Shown: positions 26,707-36,093, counted from the stretch's first letter. The stretch is DNA of 41,485 bases from a virus (IMGVR_UViG_3300049208_000060:1-41485); one strand, 5' to 3'. Numbers and translations: made by a program. Notes: generated by a model not told the origin, from the sequence alone.

Positions 26707-26744
26707 GCCACCATCGTTAGTGCTGGGCACATGAGGGCCATGAC

Positions 26745-29362
26745 ATGGCAAACAAGCTCGCCCTCGGGCTAGTGATTGGCGGCGCCGTCAGTTCCACGGT
26801 CGGCGCCGCGTTCAAGGACGTGACCGGGCGCATCAAGCGCCTCGAGGCAGAAGGCAACAAAGCGCGGGTGCTGCAGCGCACGATTGGCGACACCATCCGC
26901 CTGCGCGAAGAATGGAAAAAGGCTCACGACACCGGCGCGGCTGGTGCGTCCAAATTACTCAACCGTTTGAACTCGAACCTCGACAGCCTGAAAAAGCAGG
27001 GGATCGAGGTTGGCCGGCTGGAAAAAGCCTATCGTTCGATGGGACAGACGGCCAACAAAGCCGAGCTGAAAGCCAAGGGGCATCAGCAAATCGATTCTAG
27101 CGTAAAGGGCATGAAGGGCGCCGTCGGTGCGGCGGTGGTCGGTGTTGGTGCCATGGCGGTACCGACCAAGGTCAGCGCAGATTTTGGCGCGATTGTCCGT
27201 GACATCGCGATCAAGGCCGGCATTGCCAACAAGCCGCAAGAGCAGGAGATGTCGCGCAAGATTATCGACACTTCACGCGACACCGGCATGGCGCGCAACG
27301 ATGTGGCCGACGTGGTCAATCAGTTGGTCGGTGCCGGTATGGACCTGAGCAAGGCGCTGGAGTACGCGCCTGTCGCGGCCAAGTTTGTCGTGGGTCAGGG
27401 ATCCAGCGGTGTCGACACGGCGAAGATGATCAACGCCCTGGGGCAGAACGCCAAGATTACCGACCCCAAGCAGATGCAGCAGGCGCTGGAGGCGATTGCG
27501 TACCAAGGACAAGCGGGCAGCTTTGAAGCGGCCGACATGGCCAAGTGGTTTCCGGAGCTGTTGGCCAACATGGCCAGCAACGGCATCACTGGCTTGGATG
27601 CAGTGACGCAATTGGGCGCCATGTTGCAGGTGCAGATGAAGCAGGCCGGCAGTTCGGACGAAGCGGCCAACAACCTGAAAAACTGGATGGGCAAAATCGG
27701 TTCGACCGATACGGTCAAGGCTTACGAAAAAGCCGGGATCGATTACAAGGGATCGATGCAGACCGGTTTGCAAAACGGTATGTCGACGCTTGAGACCAGT
27801 ATGGCGCTGGCTCAGAAGTACATTCAGGCGACGGATCCGAAGCGCGCGGCCGCCATGGCCGAAGCGACGTCCAAAATCAGCAAAGAAGCCAATCCCGAAA
27901 AGGCCAAGGCCATGATGGCCTCGCTGGAAGAATCCCTGCGCACCGGCGACCTGTTCGCCGACATGCAGGTCAAGGCCGCGCTGTCGGCCTACATGCAGAA
28001 CAAGGCGCTGTACAGCCAGCTCAAAAACGATTCGCGTGAGGCGACCGGGATCCTCGATAAAAACCTCGCCGAGCGGCGTGAGTCGTCATCGCAGAAGTGG
28101 GCCGAAATGGCCCAGTCGATGGATGACGCCATGCGGAGCGTGGGGGACGCGCTGCGCCCGGTAACGGACACCGTTGCCGAGACGCTGACCAAACTCACCA
28201 AGGGCATCACGTCGCTGACTGATAGCGCGCCCGGAGTGGTTGCCGGTATCGCCACGGTCGGAGCGGGGCTGATCGCCTTAAAAGGTATCTTCAACGCGAT
28301 CAAGATCAGCAAGGGGCTGCTAAACCTTGCGCGTGGGTCGCGCGGTGGCAGGAGTGGGAGCGAAGCCCCAAATAAAAACCCCGGAGAACTTGATCTGGTA
28401 GCGACTGGCCTGGATGTTGTTTCGCGGGTGAAGGAAGCGGCCACAGGCGGTGGCCTTGGTGCTGCAAATGATGCAGGTAACGACGGCGTCCAAAAGGTTT
28501 TCGTCGTTAATGCCGGCGCTATGGGTGGCGGTGTGGATGCGCCGGGCGAATCGCGCCGACGCGGACGTGGATCAAGCCGTAGCGCTCGGCGCCGGACGTT
28601 GCCGAGTTCGAGAGGTCCTCGCCCGTCTGGCCTCGTTCCCCTGTTTCGATCCCATCGCCATCAGTCCCGTCCGTTCCAAGTGGGGCATTGTCCAAACTCG
28701 GCGTCGTCGCAGGAACCGTCGGTAAGGTCGGCAAGGCGGCTAAGGTCATTCCTGGCGGCACGCTGCTGGAGTCCGGCGCGATGGCTTTTGAAACCTTTCA
28801 AAACGCCAAGACCAAGGACGAAAAAGCCGAGGGTTACGGTTCGGCAGCGGGCAACCTGGCCGGCACCATGGCCGGTGCTGCAGCAGGCGCCGCCATCGGT
28901 TCGGTTGTGCCGATCATCGGCACCGCGATCGGCGGCATGATCGGTGCTTACCTGGGCAGTCAGGGCGGTGCGGCGCTGGGCGGGTCGCTGGGTAAGTCGC
29001 TGTTCGGCGGTGAGGATGAAGAGCCCGAACAAGCGGCAAAGGCGCCGGTGCCAGCCACGCCGCTCATGATGGCGGCAGCAGCGCAGCAAGGCCCGGTGTT
29101 GGGGGATGTCGCGCGCTCGATGGCAGTGACGGCGCCGCTCAAGTCGGCGGCGCTGGCCATTCAACCCAAGGAGCCGGCGAAGCCGGTGCCGGCCAAGGTG
29201 GATCAGCAGTTTCAGTACTCGCTGAACATGCCGGTCACGGTGCAGGGCGACGTCAAAGACCCGCAAACCTTGGCGCAGGATCTGATGCCGCACATGCAGC
29301 GAATGATGGAAGGCGCTGCGAAGCAGAATGCCGCCAAGCTGTACGACGAACCCCATGTCTAA
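26745..29362 (+). pseudogene. Tail tape measure protein split by an apparent 1-bp deletion near 28630
   Basis: ORF 26745..28940 loses TMP-like character after GPRPS; the -1 frame continues PVSIPSPSVPSVPSGALSKLG into the 28688..29362 TMP C-terminus. Confidence 0.8.
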
Positions 29363-29371
29363 GGAGGTTTC

Positions 29372-30217
29372 ATGGCTTACATGGAGCAGATGCAATCGAG
29401 CCTGAAGTACCTGGTAGAGGCTGCGGAAACCGGGCGGCGCAGTGCTGACGGCATGCTGACCCCGGTCAACGGCGCGATCCGTGAACTGACTGGCGCTGCG
29501 TCCGAGCTGGAGAACATCCCGTTTGTTGGTCCGGCCATCGGCGCCAAACTTCAGCGGGTGATGCGTGGCGTCGACGCGGCTCAGGCCAAGGTCGGTCAGG
29601 TGGTGGCGGTGTACGGCCGTGCCACCCGGGCGGCGGCTGAAGTGCAGGATCGGCTGGGCACGTTGAAAGAACAGGCGGGCAAGGCGGCTACGGCGATCAA
29701 CAATGTCGCCGGCAAGGTCAGCCCGTCGCTGGCCAACATCGTGCCGACCAGTTCCTTTGCCGGGGAGGCCACGCCGGCGCCGGAGGCGGTGAAGCCATTC
29801 CCGCACTTGATGATCATTCAGCCGCGCGATCCGAAAATTGAGCCGTATTACTTCAACCTGGACACGGCAGCTTTCGACGAGCTGAGCCGTTCGACCGAAT
29901 TCCGCTGGGCTTCGCAGGAGCGGCTGACGCGCCGGCCGGCGAAGCAGGCCATCGGTATGGGCGATGAAAAGTTGACGCTCAAGGGCACGATCTATCCGGG
30001 CTTCAAAGGCGGTTTAAAGCAGCTCGACACGCTGCGTTCCATCGGGGCCAGGCTGCAACCGCTGACCCTGACCACGGGGTATGGCGAAGTGATCGGGACG
30101 TGGTGCCTGAAAAACATCAACGAGGAACAGTCCGCGTTGCTGCACGGCGGGATTGCGCGCAAACAGGGTTTTACTTTGGAGTTTGAACGCTATGGCGACG
30201 ACATGCAGGACGTCTGA
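29372..30217 (+). CDS. Tail protein, P2 gpU-like C-terminal domain
   Basis: FRWASQERL, LTLKGTIYP, LTTGYGEVIGTW, FTLEFERY. Confidence 0.88.
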   Translation: MAYMEQMQSSLKYLVEAAETGRRSADGMLTPVNGAIRELTGAASELENIPFVGPAIGAKLQRVMRGVDAAQAKVGQVVAVYGRATRAAAEVQDRLGTLKEQAGKAATAINNVAGKVSPSLANIVPTSSFAGEATPAPEAVKPFPHLMIIQPRDPKIEPYYFNLDTAAFDELSRSTEFRWASQERLTRRPAKQAIGMGDEKLTLKGTIYPGFKGGLKQLDTLRSIGARLQPLTLTTGYGEVIGTWCLKNINEEQSALLHGGIARKQGFTLEFERYGDDMQDV

Positions 30218-30398
30218 CGGCGACATGCTCGATGTCATTTGCAACAACGTTTACGGCCATCTGAATGGCAGCGTCGAGGCCGTGCTCGATGCCAATCAGG
30301 GACTGGCCGATGAGCCTCAGCCGTTCCGGTCGGGCGTGATTATCGTCCTGCCGGATCTGCCGATGCCAACTGAAGAAGGCATCTCGTTTTGGAATTGA
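30192..30398 (+). CDS. Tail protein X
   Basis: RTSDGDMLDVIC..VYG, VLDANQGLA, LPDL. Confidence 0.9.
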   Translation: MATTCRTSDGDMLDVICNNVYGHLNGSVEAVLDANQGLADEPQPFRSGVIIVLPDLPMPTEEGISFWN

Positions 30399-30450
30399 TG
30401 AGCTATAGTCGATGTGTAGCCCTTGTTACACCTGCAGCTACAACCCCTTC

Positions 30451-30475
30451 AAAACCCGCTTCGGCGGGTTTTTTT
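30451..30475 (+). terminator. Terminator between X and D
   Basis: AAAACCCGC-TTCG-GCGGGTTTTTTT. Confidence 0.8.
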
Positions 30476-30488
30476 ATGGAAAAAATAT

Positions 30489-31538
30489 ATGACACCCGTA
30501 TTTCGAATCGTCGCCGATGGGGCTGACGTCACGGCAAAAATCAATGATCGGCTATTGCAACTGCGTACCTCGGACAAACCGGGCATGGAGTCCGACGAGT
30601 TTGAGTTGCGTATCGACGACCGTGATGGGCAAGTGCAATTGCCTCGTCGCGGCAGCTCAATCGAGATTTACCTGGGGTACGCCGAAACGACCTTGGCGCG
30701 CATGGGCAGCTATACCGTGGACACGGTCGAGGTGTCAGGCCCACCCGATACGATCGTGATCAAGGGCAAGGCCAGCGACATGCGTGGCAGCGGCAAGACC
30801 ATCCGCAGCGGAAGCTGGGAAGACGTGCCGTTGTCGAAGATCGTGGCTGACGTGGCCGCGCGTAATGGCTGGACGCCGGTGTGTCCGGTGTCCACCAAGG
30901 TCGCCCGGGTCGACCAGCTCAACGAGTCCGATTTCAATTTCATCACCCGGCTGGCAAAACAATACGACTGCACGGCCAAGGTCGCCGACGGCAAGCTGTT
31001 GGTGATGCCACGCCAGGGTGGGCAGACAGCCAGCGGCAAGGCGTTCGGCGCCATTACCCTGACCCGACGCGACCTCAGCCGATGGCAATTCAGTCTCGGC
31101 GATCGCAACTCGCACAAGGCGGTGGCCACCAAGCATCAGGACAAAAAGAACGGCATGCTCGCGGTGGTCACCATCGACAACGATGACGCACCGGATGGCC
31201 TGCCGGCAGTCCATACCGACCGCCATATCTACCCGAACAAAACGGCTGCAGAAGCGGCGGCCAAGGCCCGTCTTTCAGCGTTCAACCGCTCGACCGCTGA
31301 TGTGCGGCTTGAGATGCCCGGCCGGACGGACATCTTCGCCGAGCGCCCCATCATCGCTCAGGGTTTCAAGGTCGGGCTTGATGGTGAATACCTGGCGGAT
31401 TCGGTCGAGCAGGTATTCACCCAGTCCGGCTGGTCCACCACGGTCGAATGCAATGCCGGCAAAGCCGGTAAATCCAAGGGCAAGAAAAAGAAAGGACCGA
31501 AATCACCCCTCAAGGTAGTGAACATCGAGAAGCAGTAG
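30489..31538 (+). CDS. Late control D / baseplate hub protein
   Basis: DKPGMESDEFELRIDD, DQLNESDFNFITRLA. Confidence 0.92.
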   Translation: MTPVFRIVADGADVTAKINDRLLQLRTSDKPGMESDEFELRIDDRDGQVQLPRRGSSIEIYLGYAETTLARMGSYTVDTVEVSGPPDTIVIKGKASDMRGSGKTIRSGSWEDVPLSKIVADVAARNGWTPVCPVSTKVARVDQLNESDFNFITRLAKQYDCTAKVADGKLLVMPRQGGQTASGKAFGAITLTRRDLSRWQFSLGDRNSHKAVATKHQDKKNGMLAVVTIDNDDAPDGLPAVHTDRHIYPNKTAAEAAAKARLSAFNRSTADVRLEMPGRTDIFAERPIIAQGFKVGLDGEYLADSVEQVFTQSGWSTTVECNAGKAGKSKGKKKKGPKSPLKVVNIEKQ

Positions 31539-31550
31539 TCGCATCCCATC

Positions 31551-31572
31551 GCCGCCTGAGTGCGGTTTTTTT
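31551..31572 (+). terminator. Terminator-like hairpin before endolysin
   Basis: GCCGC-ctgagt-GCGGT plus T-run. Confidence 0.55.
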
Positions 31573-31587
31573 ACGTCTGGAGTTTGT

Positions 31588-32151
31588 ATGTCCATCACTG
31601 AACAACAGCTGCAAAGCATCATGCCCAACGCCCGCCGCCAAGCGGGCGTTTTTGTTTCCGCCCTCAACGCAGCCATGGCCCATCGGCAGATCAACACGCC
31701 GAAACGCCAAGCCGCGTTCCTGGCGCAAGTCGGTCACGAGTCGGGTCAGCTGCAGTACGTCCGGGAACTGGGCGGCGAGCAGTACCTGAGCAAATACGAC
31801 ACCGGCAACTTGGCTGCGAAACTGGGCAATACGCCGTCAGCGGATGGTGATGGTCAGCGCTACCGCGGTCGCGGTCTGATCCAGGTCACCGGCCACGACA
31901 ATTATCTGCGCTGCAGCTTGGCGCTGTTCGGTGACGAGCGATTGCTGCGCACGCCTGAACTGCTGGAGCTGCCGCAGTGGGCCGCCGAGTCGGCCGCGTG
32001 GTTCTGGTCCGTGAATGGGCTGAACGCGCTGGCCGATCAAAACGAATTCAACACGATCACCCGCAGGATCAATGGCGGTCTCAATGGCCTGCAGGATCGG
32101 TTGGAGTTGTGGGGGCGGGCGAGGGCGGTGCTATGCGTCTCGGCGAACTGA
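31588..32151 (+). CDS. Glycoside hydrolase family 19 endolysin
   Basis: AAFLAQVGHESG, YRGRGLIQVTG..NY, ITRRINGG.NG. Confidence 0.95.
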   Translation: MSITEQQLQSIMPNARRQAGVFVSALNAAMAHRQINTPKRQAAFLAQVGHESGQLQYVRELGGEQYLSKYDTGNLAAKLGNTPSADGDGQRYRGRGLIQVTGHDNYLRCSLALFGDERLLRTPELLELPQWAAESAAWFWSVNGLNALADQNEFNTITRRINGGLNGLQDRLELWGRARAVLCVSAN

Positions 32152-32675
32152 TCCCGGCGCCGTATCGGCTGCTGGCCAAAGGTGTGCTGCTGGTCGTCTT
32201 GGTCAGTGGTTCTGCGTCCATTACCTGGCAAGTACAGGATTGGCGCTACGGTAAACAGCTGGCAGAGCAGGCCCGACTCCACACCGAAACCCTCAACCAA
32301 CTGAATCTGGCCTCGGCCGCACAGCAGCGTGCCGAACAGGACAAACGCCTCGCGCTTGAGCAGCGCCTGGCCACCAGTGAACAAACCCATTACCGAGCCT
32401 TGAGTGATGCCCAACGTGATCAAGGTCGCCTGCGCGACCTCCTTGCCACTGCTGATCTGCGCCTGTCAGTCCTACTCGACGCCACCACCGACGCCGGCAA
32501 CAGATCGGTGTCAGCCACCACCGCCACCGGCGGCCTGGTTCATGGCCCCACAAGAGCCGAACTTGACCCAGCGCATGCTCAACGAATTATCGGCGTCACC
32601 GATGACGGCGACCGGGGGCTGATTGCCCTCGCGGCCTGTCATGCATACGCCAAAGAAGTCTCAACACCGAAGTGA
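32133..32675 (+). CDS. Rz-like i-spanin
   Basis: N-terminal TM, WQVQDWRYG, coiled coil, AELDPAHAQRI...ALAAC. Confidence 0.88.
   Translation: MRLGELIPAPYRLLAKGVLLVVLVSGSASITWQVQDWRYGKQLAEQARLHTETLNQLNLASAAQQRAEQDKRLALEQRLATSEQTHYRALSDAQRDQGRLRDLLATADLRLSVLLDATTDAGNRSVSATTATGGLVHGPTRAELDPAHAQRIIGVTDDGDRGLIALAACHAYAKEVSTPK
32407..32622 (+). CDS. Rz1-like o-spanin lipoprotein embedded in Rz
   Basis: +1 frame inside Rz; lipobox-like LLICAC; Pro-rich CQPPPPPAAWFMAP. Confidence 0.75.
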   Translation: MPNVIKVACATSLPLLICACQSYSTPPPTPATDRCQPPPPPAAWFMAPQEPNLTQRMLNELSASPMTATGG

Positions 32676-32793
32676 AAAAAGAGCGGCCGGTCTGTATGCG
32701 TCAACATCCAGACCGACCGCCGTCCCTGCAGATTGTCCCTGCAAGTCCAGCCAAGGCTCTTGCTCCGTGCACAAAGCGCGGCGAGCCTAGCAC

Positions 32794-32809
32794 CTGTTTA
32801 TCCATACAG
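32794..32809. promoter_or_regulatory. LexA (SOS) box-like site
   Basis: CTGT-TTATCCAT-ACAG, exact CTGT-N8-ACAG, 16 bp before the methyltransferase ATG. Confidence 0.7.
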
Positions 32810-32825
32810 TAAAGGTCTTGCTTTC

Positions 32826-33620
32826 ATGTCTACACCTATCATCCCTTGGATGGGCGGCAAGCGCCGCCTGGCCGACCGCCTCATTCCGCTTTTTCCGCCA
32901 CACGAATGCTACGTCGAAGTCTTTGCCGGCGGTGCCGCACTCTACTTCATGAAGCCCCAGCCATCGCCGGTCGAAGTCCTCAACGACATCAACGGCGACC
33001 TGGTCACGCTTTACCGCGTCGTACAGAACCACCTCGAAGAATTTGTGCGCCAGTTCAAATGGGCGCTCAGTTCGCGACAGGTGTTCGAATGGCAGAAAAT
33101 GACCCGCCCCGAAACCCTCACCGACATCCAGCGCGCCGCCCGATTCTTTTACCTGCAGCACCATGCCTTTGCTGGCAAGGTCTCGGGTCAAACGTTCGGC
33201 ACGGCGACCACTGCCCCGGCCATCAACCTGTTGCGCATCGAGGAAAACCTCTCGGCTGCGTGGCAGCGCTTGTCCGGCACCTACGTCGAAAACCTCCCCT
33301 GGCTTGAATGCGCAGAACGCTATGACCGTGCTCACACCTTCCATTACATGGACCCGCCTTACTGGCAGACCGCGGGTTATGGGGTGGACTTTCCGTTCGA
33401 GAACTACGAGCGGATGGCCGACTTCATGCGCCGCTGCAAAGGCAAGGTGATGGTCAGCGTCAATGACCATCCGGACATCCGCCGTGTGTTCGACGGTTTC
33501 CACTTCGAGACACTGGACATCCGCTACACCACATCCAACCAGCGGCAAGGCAAAGCCGAGGTGAGCGGTGAGCTGGTGATCATGAACTGGGCGCCAGAAT
33601 CGTTGGGCGGCTTGTTTTGA
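32826..33620 (+). CDS. DNA adenine methyltransferase (Dam/D12 class)
   Basis: PWMGGKRRL, YVEVFAGG (SAM motif I), NDIN, DPPY (motif IV). Confidence 0.95.
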   Translation: MSTPIIPWMGGKRRLADRLIPLFPPHECYVEVFAGGAALYFMKPQPSPVEVLNDINGDLVTLYRVVQNHLEEFVRQFKWALSSRQVFEWQKMTRPETLTDIQRAARFFYLQHHAFAGKVSGQTFGTATTAPAINLLRIEENLSAAWQRLSGTYVENLPWLECAERYDRAHTFHYMDPPYWQTAGYGVDFPFENYERMADFMRRCKGKVMVSVNDHPDIRRVFDGFHFETLDIRYTTSNQRQGKAEVSGELVIMNWAPESLGGLF

Positions 33621-33754
33621 GGAGTCTCGGGCTTACTTACTCCGTCCGGAGCGGGGTGGCGCACTCCGCTCCGATAGCGAAGCGCCACGATAGTGCTGCT
33701 GGCTCAATTGCGTTAAAACTCGAAGGCATTGATCAGTGGCAAAGGGTTCGACAG

Positions 33755-33997
33755 ATGTCCCATGGCTTAGACGTTCCCATCACGCATGAATATCGCGGCC
33801 ATAAGCTGGTCGTAAAATTTGATTGGAATAGGCCAAACGATCCATCGCCGACAGCGGCGCATGTGCTGGCGGAGAGCGGAGTACATGGTCTCGCCGACAC
33901 GGTCGCCGAGCTGCCAGGACCATGGCCGGATTATCCTTGTGCACTTGCTGACGCGATGGCGGCCGCAGAACGCTGGATTGACAGTCAGTTACCCTAG
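33755..33997 (+). CDS. Hypothetical protein
   Basis: 80-aa ORF with plausible composition (ITHEYRGH...AERWID). Confidence 0.55.
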   Translation: MSHGLDVPITHEYRGHKLVVKFDWNRPNDPSPTAAHVLAESGVHGLADTVAELPGPWPDYPCALADAMAAAERWIDSQLP

Positions 33998-34100
33998 CAA
34001 CCGGTTGTCGGTCCGAGCAGTCGTATATTTTGAATAGTGTCATAATGATGTCATGTGGGAGCAGAGATGTGTGCTTCCTCCATCCATACAGTGTGACTCC

Positions 34101-34346
34101 ATGCTCTCGACTGATGATTTTCGATTCAATGCCCATCACTTGTTGCTCGACCTCGATGCAACCACCAATCACCTCATGATGCTGGTCGTATCGCACGAAG
34201 TCAGTGGCAGTCGATGGGAAGAAGCGTTGGTTCGACAGCAGCGAGCCTATGCCGCGTGGGTCTCCATCCTTCCAGGCATTCAGATCGACCCGATGCCTGT
34301 GCTCGACGGCCGAGCGGCTGACGGGATCACCACCGTAGCTGAGTGA
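34101..34346 (+). CDS. Hypothetical protein
   Basis: ORF MLSTDDFRF...GSRWEEA; start uncertain (34053 or 34101). Confidence 0.5.
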   Translation: MLSTDDFRFNAHHLLLDLDATTNHLMMLVVSHEVSGSRWEEALVRQQRAYAAWVSILPGIQIDPMPVLDGRAADGITTVAE

Positions 34347-34365
34347 CAAACTCAACTTCGATCAT

Positions 34366-34620
34366 TTACGCATGATCTTCCTCCCAGACGACTGTGACGG
34401 ACGCCCGCCATTTCACGTCGGTCACGCCGAAACGCTCCGCCATCGGTTTAGAAAAACGCTTCAGTGGTGGACGCCCCGGCTTGGGTATCGGAGCAAGGCC
34501 CGCATCACAGCTCGCCCACTGCCAGGCCTCCGCGTTGTTCATCAGCTTCGTTCTGATGACGAAGCTTTTTGGCTCACCGTGGAGTTGATAATCGATGACG
34601 TACAAATCAGCTGGCTTCAC
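34366..34620 (-). CDS. DUF6555-like small protein, copy 1
   Basis: AGGAGG RBS with GTG; YVIDYQLHGEPKSF...NAEAWQWASCDAG; paralog at 37367. Confidence 0.75.
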   Translation of the reverse strand: MKPADLYVIDYQLHGEPKSFVIRTKLMNNAEAWQWASCDAGLAPIPKPGRPPLKRFSKPMAERFGVTDVKWRASVTVVWEEDHA

Positions 34621-34741
34621 GAGACCTCCTATTGCTCATGAATAAGTGATTTTGCGCGCTGAAGAAAATTCAGAGAAATTGTCCGACGATCATTAACGCC
34701 ATCGGTAGGTCAGTGTTCGCGGTGAGCAAGATTGCGACGAG

Positions 34742-35365
34742 TCAGCAGTCGACAGACGAAGTTCTATCACCCGCGGCCGTTCGCTCCAGTTCGAGAGGCG
34801 TGACGCAATGGATCAGTGCTTCCAGTAGCGCGTCGGTGCGAACCAAGCTGTTCGGATGATCTTTCTCAATTGCCCTGATCGGCATGCTGGACACCAGCGC
34901 ATCGCCGGGGTCTTGCACCAGGCTCACCCCACCGGCCGCCCGCACAGCGGCCGCCCCGGCGGCGCCGTCTCCGTCATTGCCGGAAAGGATCATGCTGATG
35001 ACTCTTCTTCCAAACACCGCCGCGGCAGTGCCAAACAACCGATCCACGGCAGGCTTGGAGAAATGCAGTTTTGGTCCATCGCTGAGATGCATAAGCCCCG
35101 GTTCAACCACTTCAAGATGTCGTCCTGGCGGGGCCACGTAGACACGACCCGCTTCGACGCGGACGCCTTCGTCTGCGTAGGCAACGGGCAGGGCTGACCA
35201 AGAATCGAATATCGATGCAAGCAATCTGGGGCTGGAGGAGCCTGTGTGCACAACGATCAATACGGCAGCAGGGAAGTCTGCAGGCAATCCTGAAAGGATC
35301 TGACGAAGAGGGCCGAAGCTGCCCTCCGATCCACCGATCACTACGATATCTCTCACGGTATCCAT
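34742..35365 (-). CDS. cheB: Stand-alone CheB-type methylesterase (no receiver domain)
   Basis: IVVIGGSEG (Ser), VVH (His), YVAPPGRHL, PAVDRLF, SGNDGDG (Asp), LVQDP. Confidence 0.9.
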   Translation of the reverse strand: MDTVRDIVVIGGSEGSFGPLRQILSGLPADFPAAVLIVVHTGSSSPRLLASIFDSWSALPVAYADEGVRVEAGRVYVAPPGRHLEVVEPGLMHLSDGPKLHFSKPAVDRLFGTAAAVFGRRVISMILSGNDGDGAAGAAAVRAAGGVSLVQDPGDALVSSMPIRAIEKDHPNSLVRTDALLEALIHCVTPLELERTAAGDRTSSVDC

Positions 35366-35548
35366 GTCACTCGTACGCTCTGTCTTTATGAGTGGATCAA
35401 AAGCGTCGGCCAAATGTTCCAGACTGCGGCGAGAATTTGCGGGTGAAAGAATTGCAAGACAGCAGGGTGACGATGTCTCAGATCATAGGTGAGTGATTCT
35501 CGGTGTCCGCTTTGCCGCCACCGATGGGCCGATTACACAGAAAACCGC

Positions 35549-35839
35549 TCATAACTCCACGGTGAAATTCTTGAGACCGATGCTGTCGGCGAAACGGCCC
35601 ACCGCCGTCAAGCTGGCCCAGGTGCGCAGCCGCTCACGCCGCGAGCGCACGGGCACCCAGCGTGCGCCGCTGCCGCTCACGCCGCGAGCGCACCGGCACC
35701 AGCGTGCGCCGCTGCCGCCCAGGCGGATCGACAGCCCCCAGTCGGAGCCGCCATCGATCCTGGTCACAAGGCATTCGCGCACCGCATGTTGTTCAACCAA
35801 GGCGCGCAGCACCTCTTCATGAATGCCGTCAGCGATCAT
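35549..35839 (-). CDS. Small protein resembling plasmid ParC-like family; carries an internal duplication
   Basis: PVRSRRERLRTWASLTAVGRF motif; family call from memory only. Confidence 0.6.
   Translation of the reverse strand: MIADGIHEEVLRALVEQHAVRECLVTRIDGGSDWGLSIRLGGSGARWCRCARGVSGSGARWVPVRSRRERLRTWASLTAVGRFADSIGLKNFTVEL
35629..35713. repeat. Tandem duplication of 43 bp + 42 bp
   Basis: GCCGCTCACGCCGCGAGCGCAC(G/C)GGCACC(C)AGCGTGCGCCGCT twice. Confidence 0.92.
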
Positions 35840-36093
35840 TCGTTCAGTTCCTGTTGACGCGCTTGTGAGGCGTGATCAAACGCCACGTAGAGGCTTTCGA
35901 TCACCCCAGGGTTAAGTGCCTTCACGGTTTCGATGCCCAAGGTGAAACCCTCGGCACGGTCGGCCGCGTGCAGTGTGTCAGCCACGGTGCTGGCGTTGGC
36001 GATGGCCGTGAGCAGTTTCAGTGACTGCGCATGAACCGAGCGTGGCAGGTTGAGTGCGGCCAGCACCTCATGCTTGATCATTGCCATTGCCAT
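35836..36093 (-). CDS. Hypothetical helical protein
   Basis: RAEGFTLGIET...IESLY; overlaps both neighbours. Confidence 0.65.
   Translation of the reverse strand: MAMAMIKHEVLAALNLPRSVHAQSLKLLTAIANASTVADTLHAADRAEGFTLGIETVKALNPGVIESLYVAFDHASQARQQELNE

Noticed and set aside
25425-26741. 438-aa minus-strand ORF (also 24236..25198, 15979..16923, 28661..29806)
   Set aside because: Antisense to well-supported structural genes; no independent motifs
33646-33673. Hairpin CGGAGCGGGGTG-gcg-CACTCCGCTCCG after the methyltransferase
   Set aside because: Real inverted repeat but no U-tract and only one copy; cannot be assigned as terminator or REP
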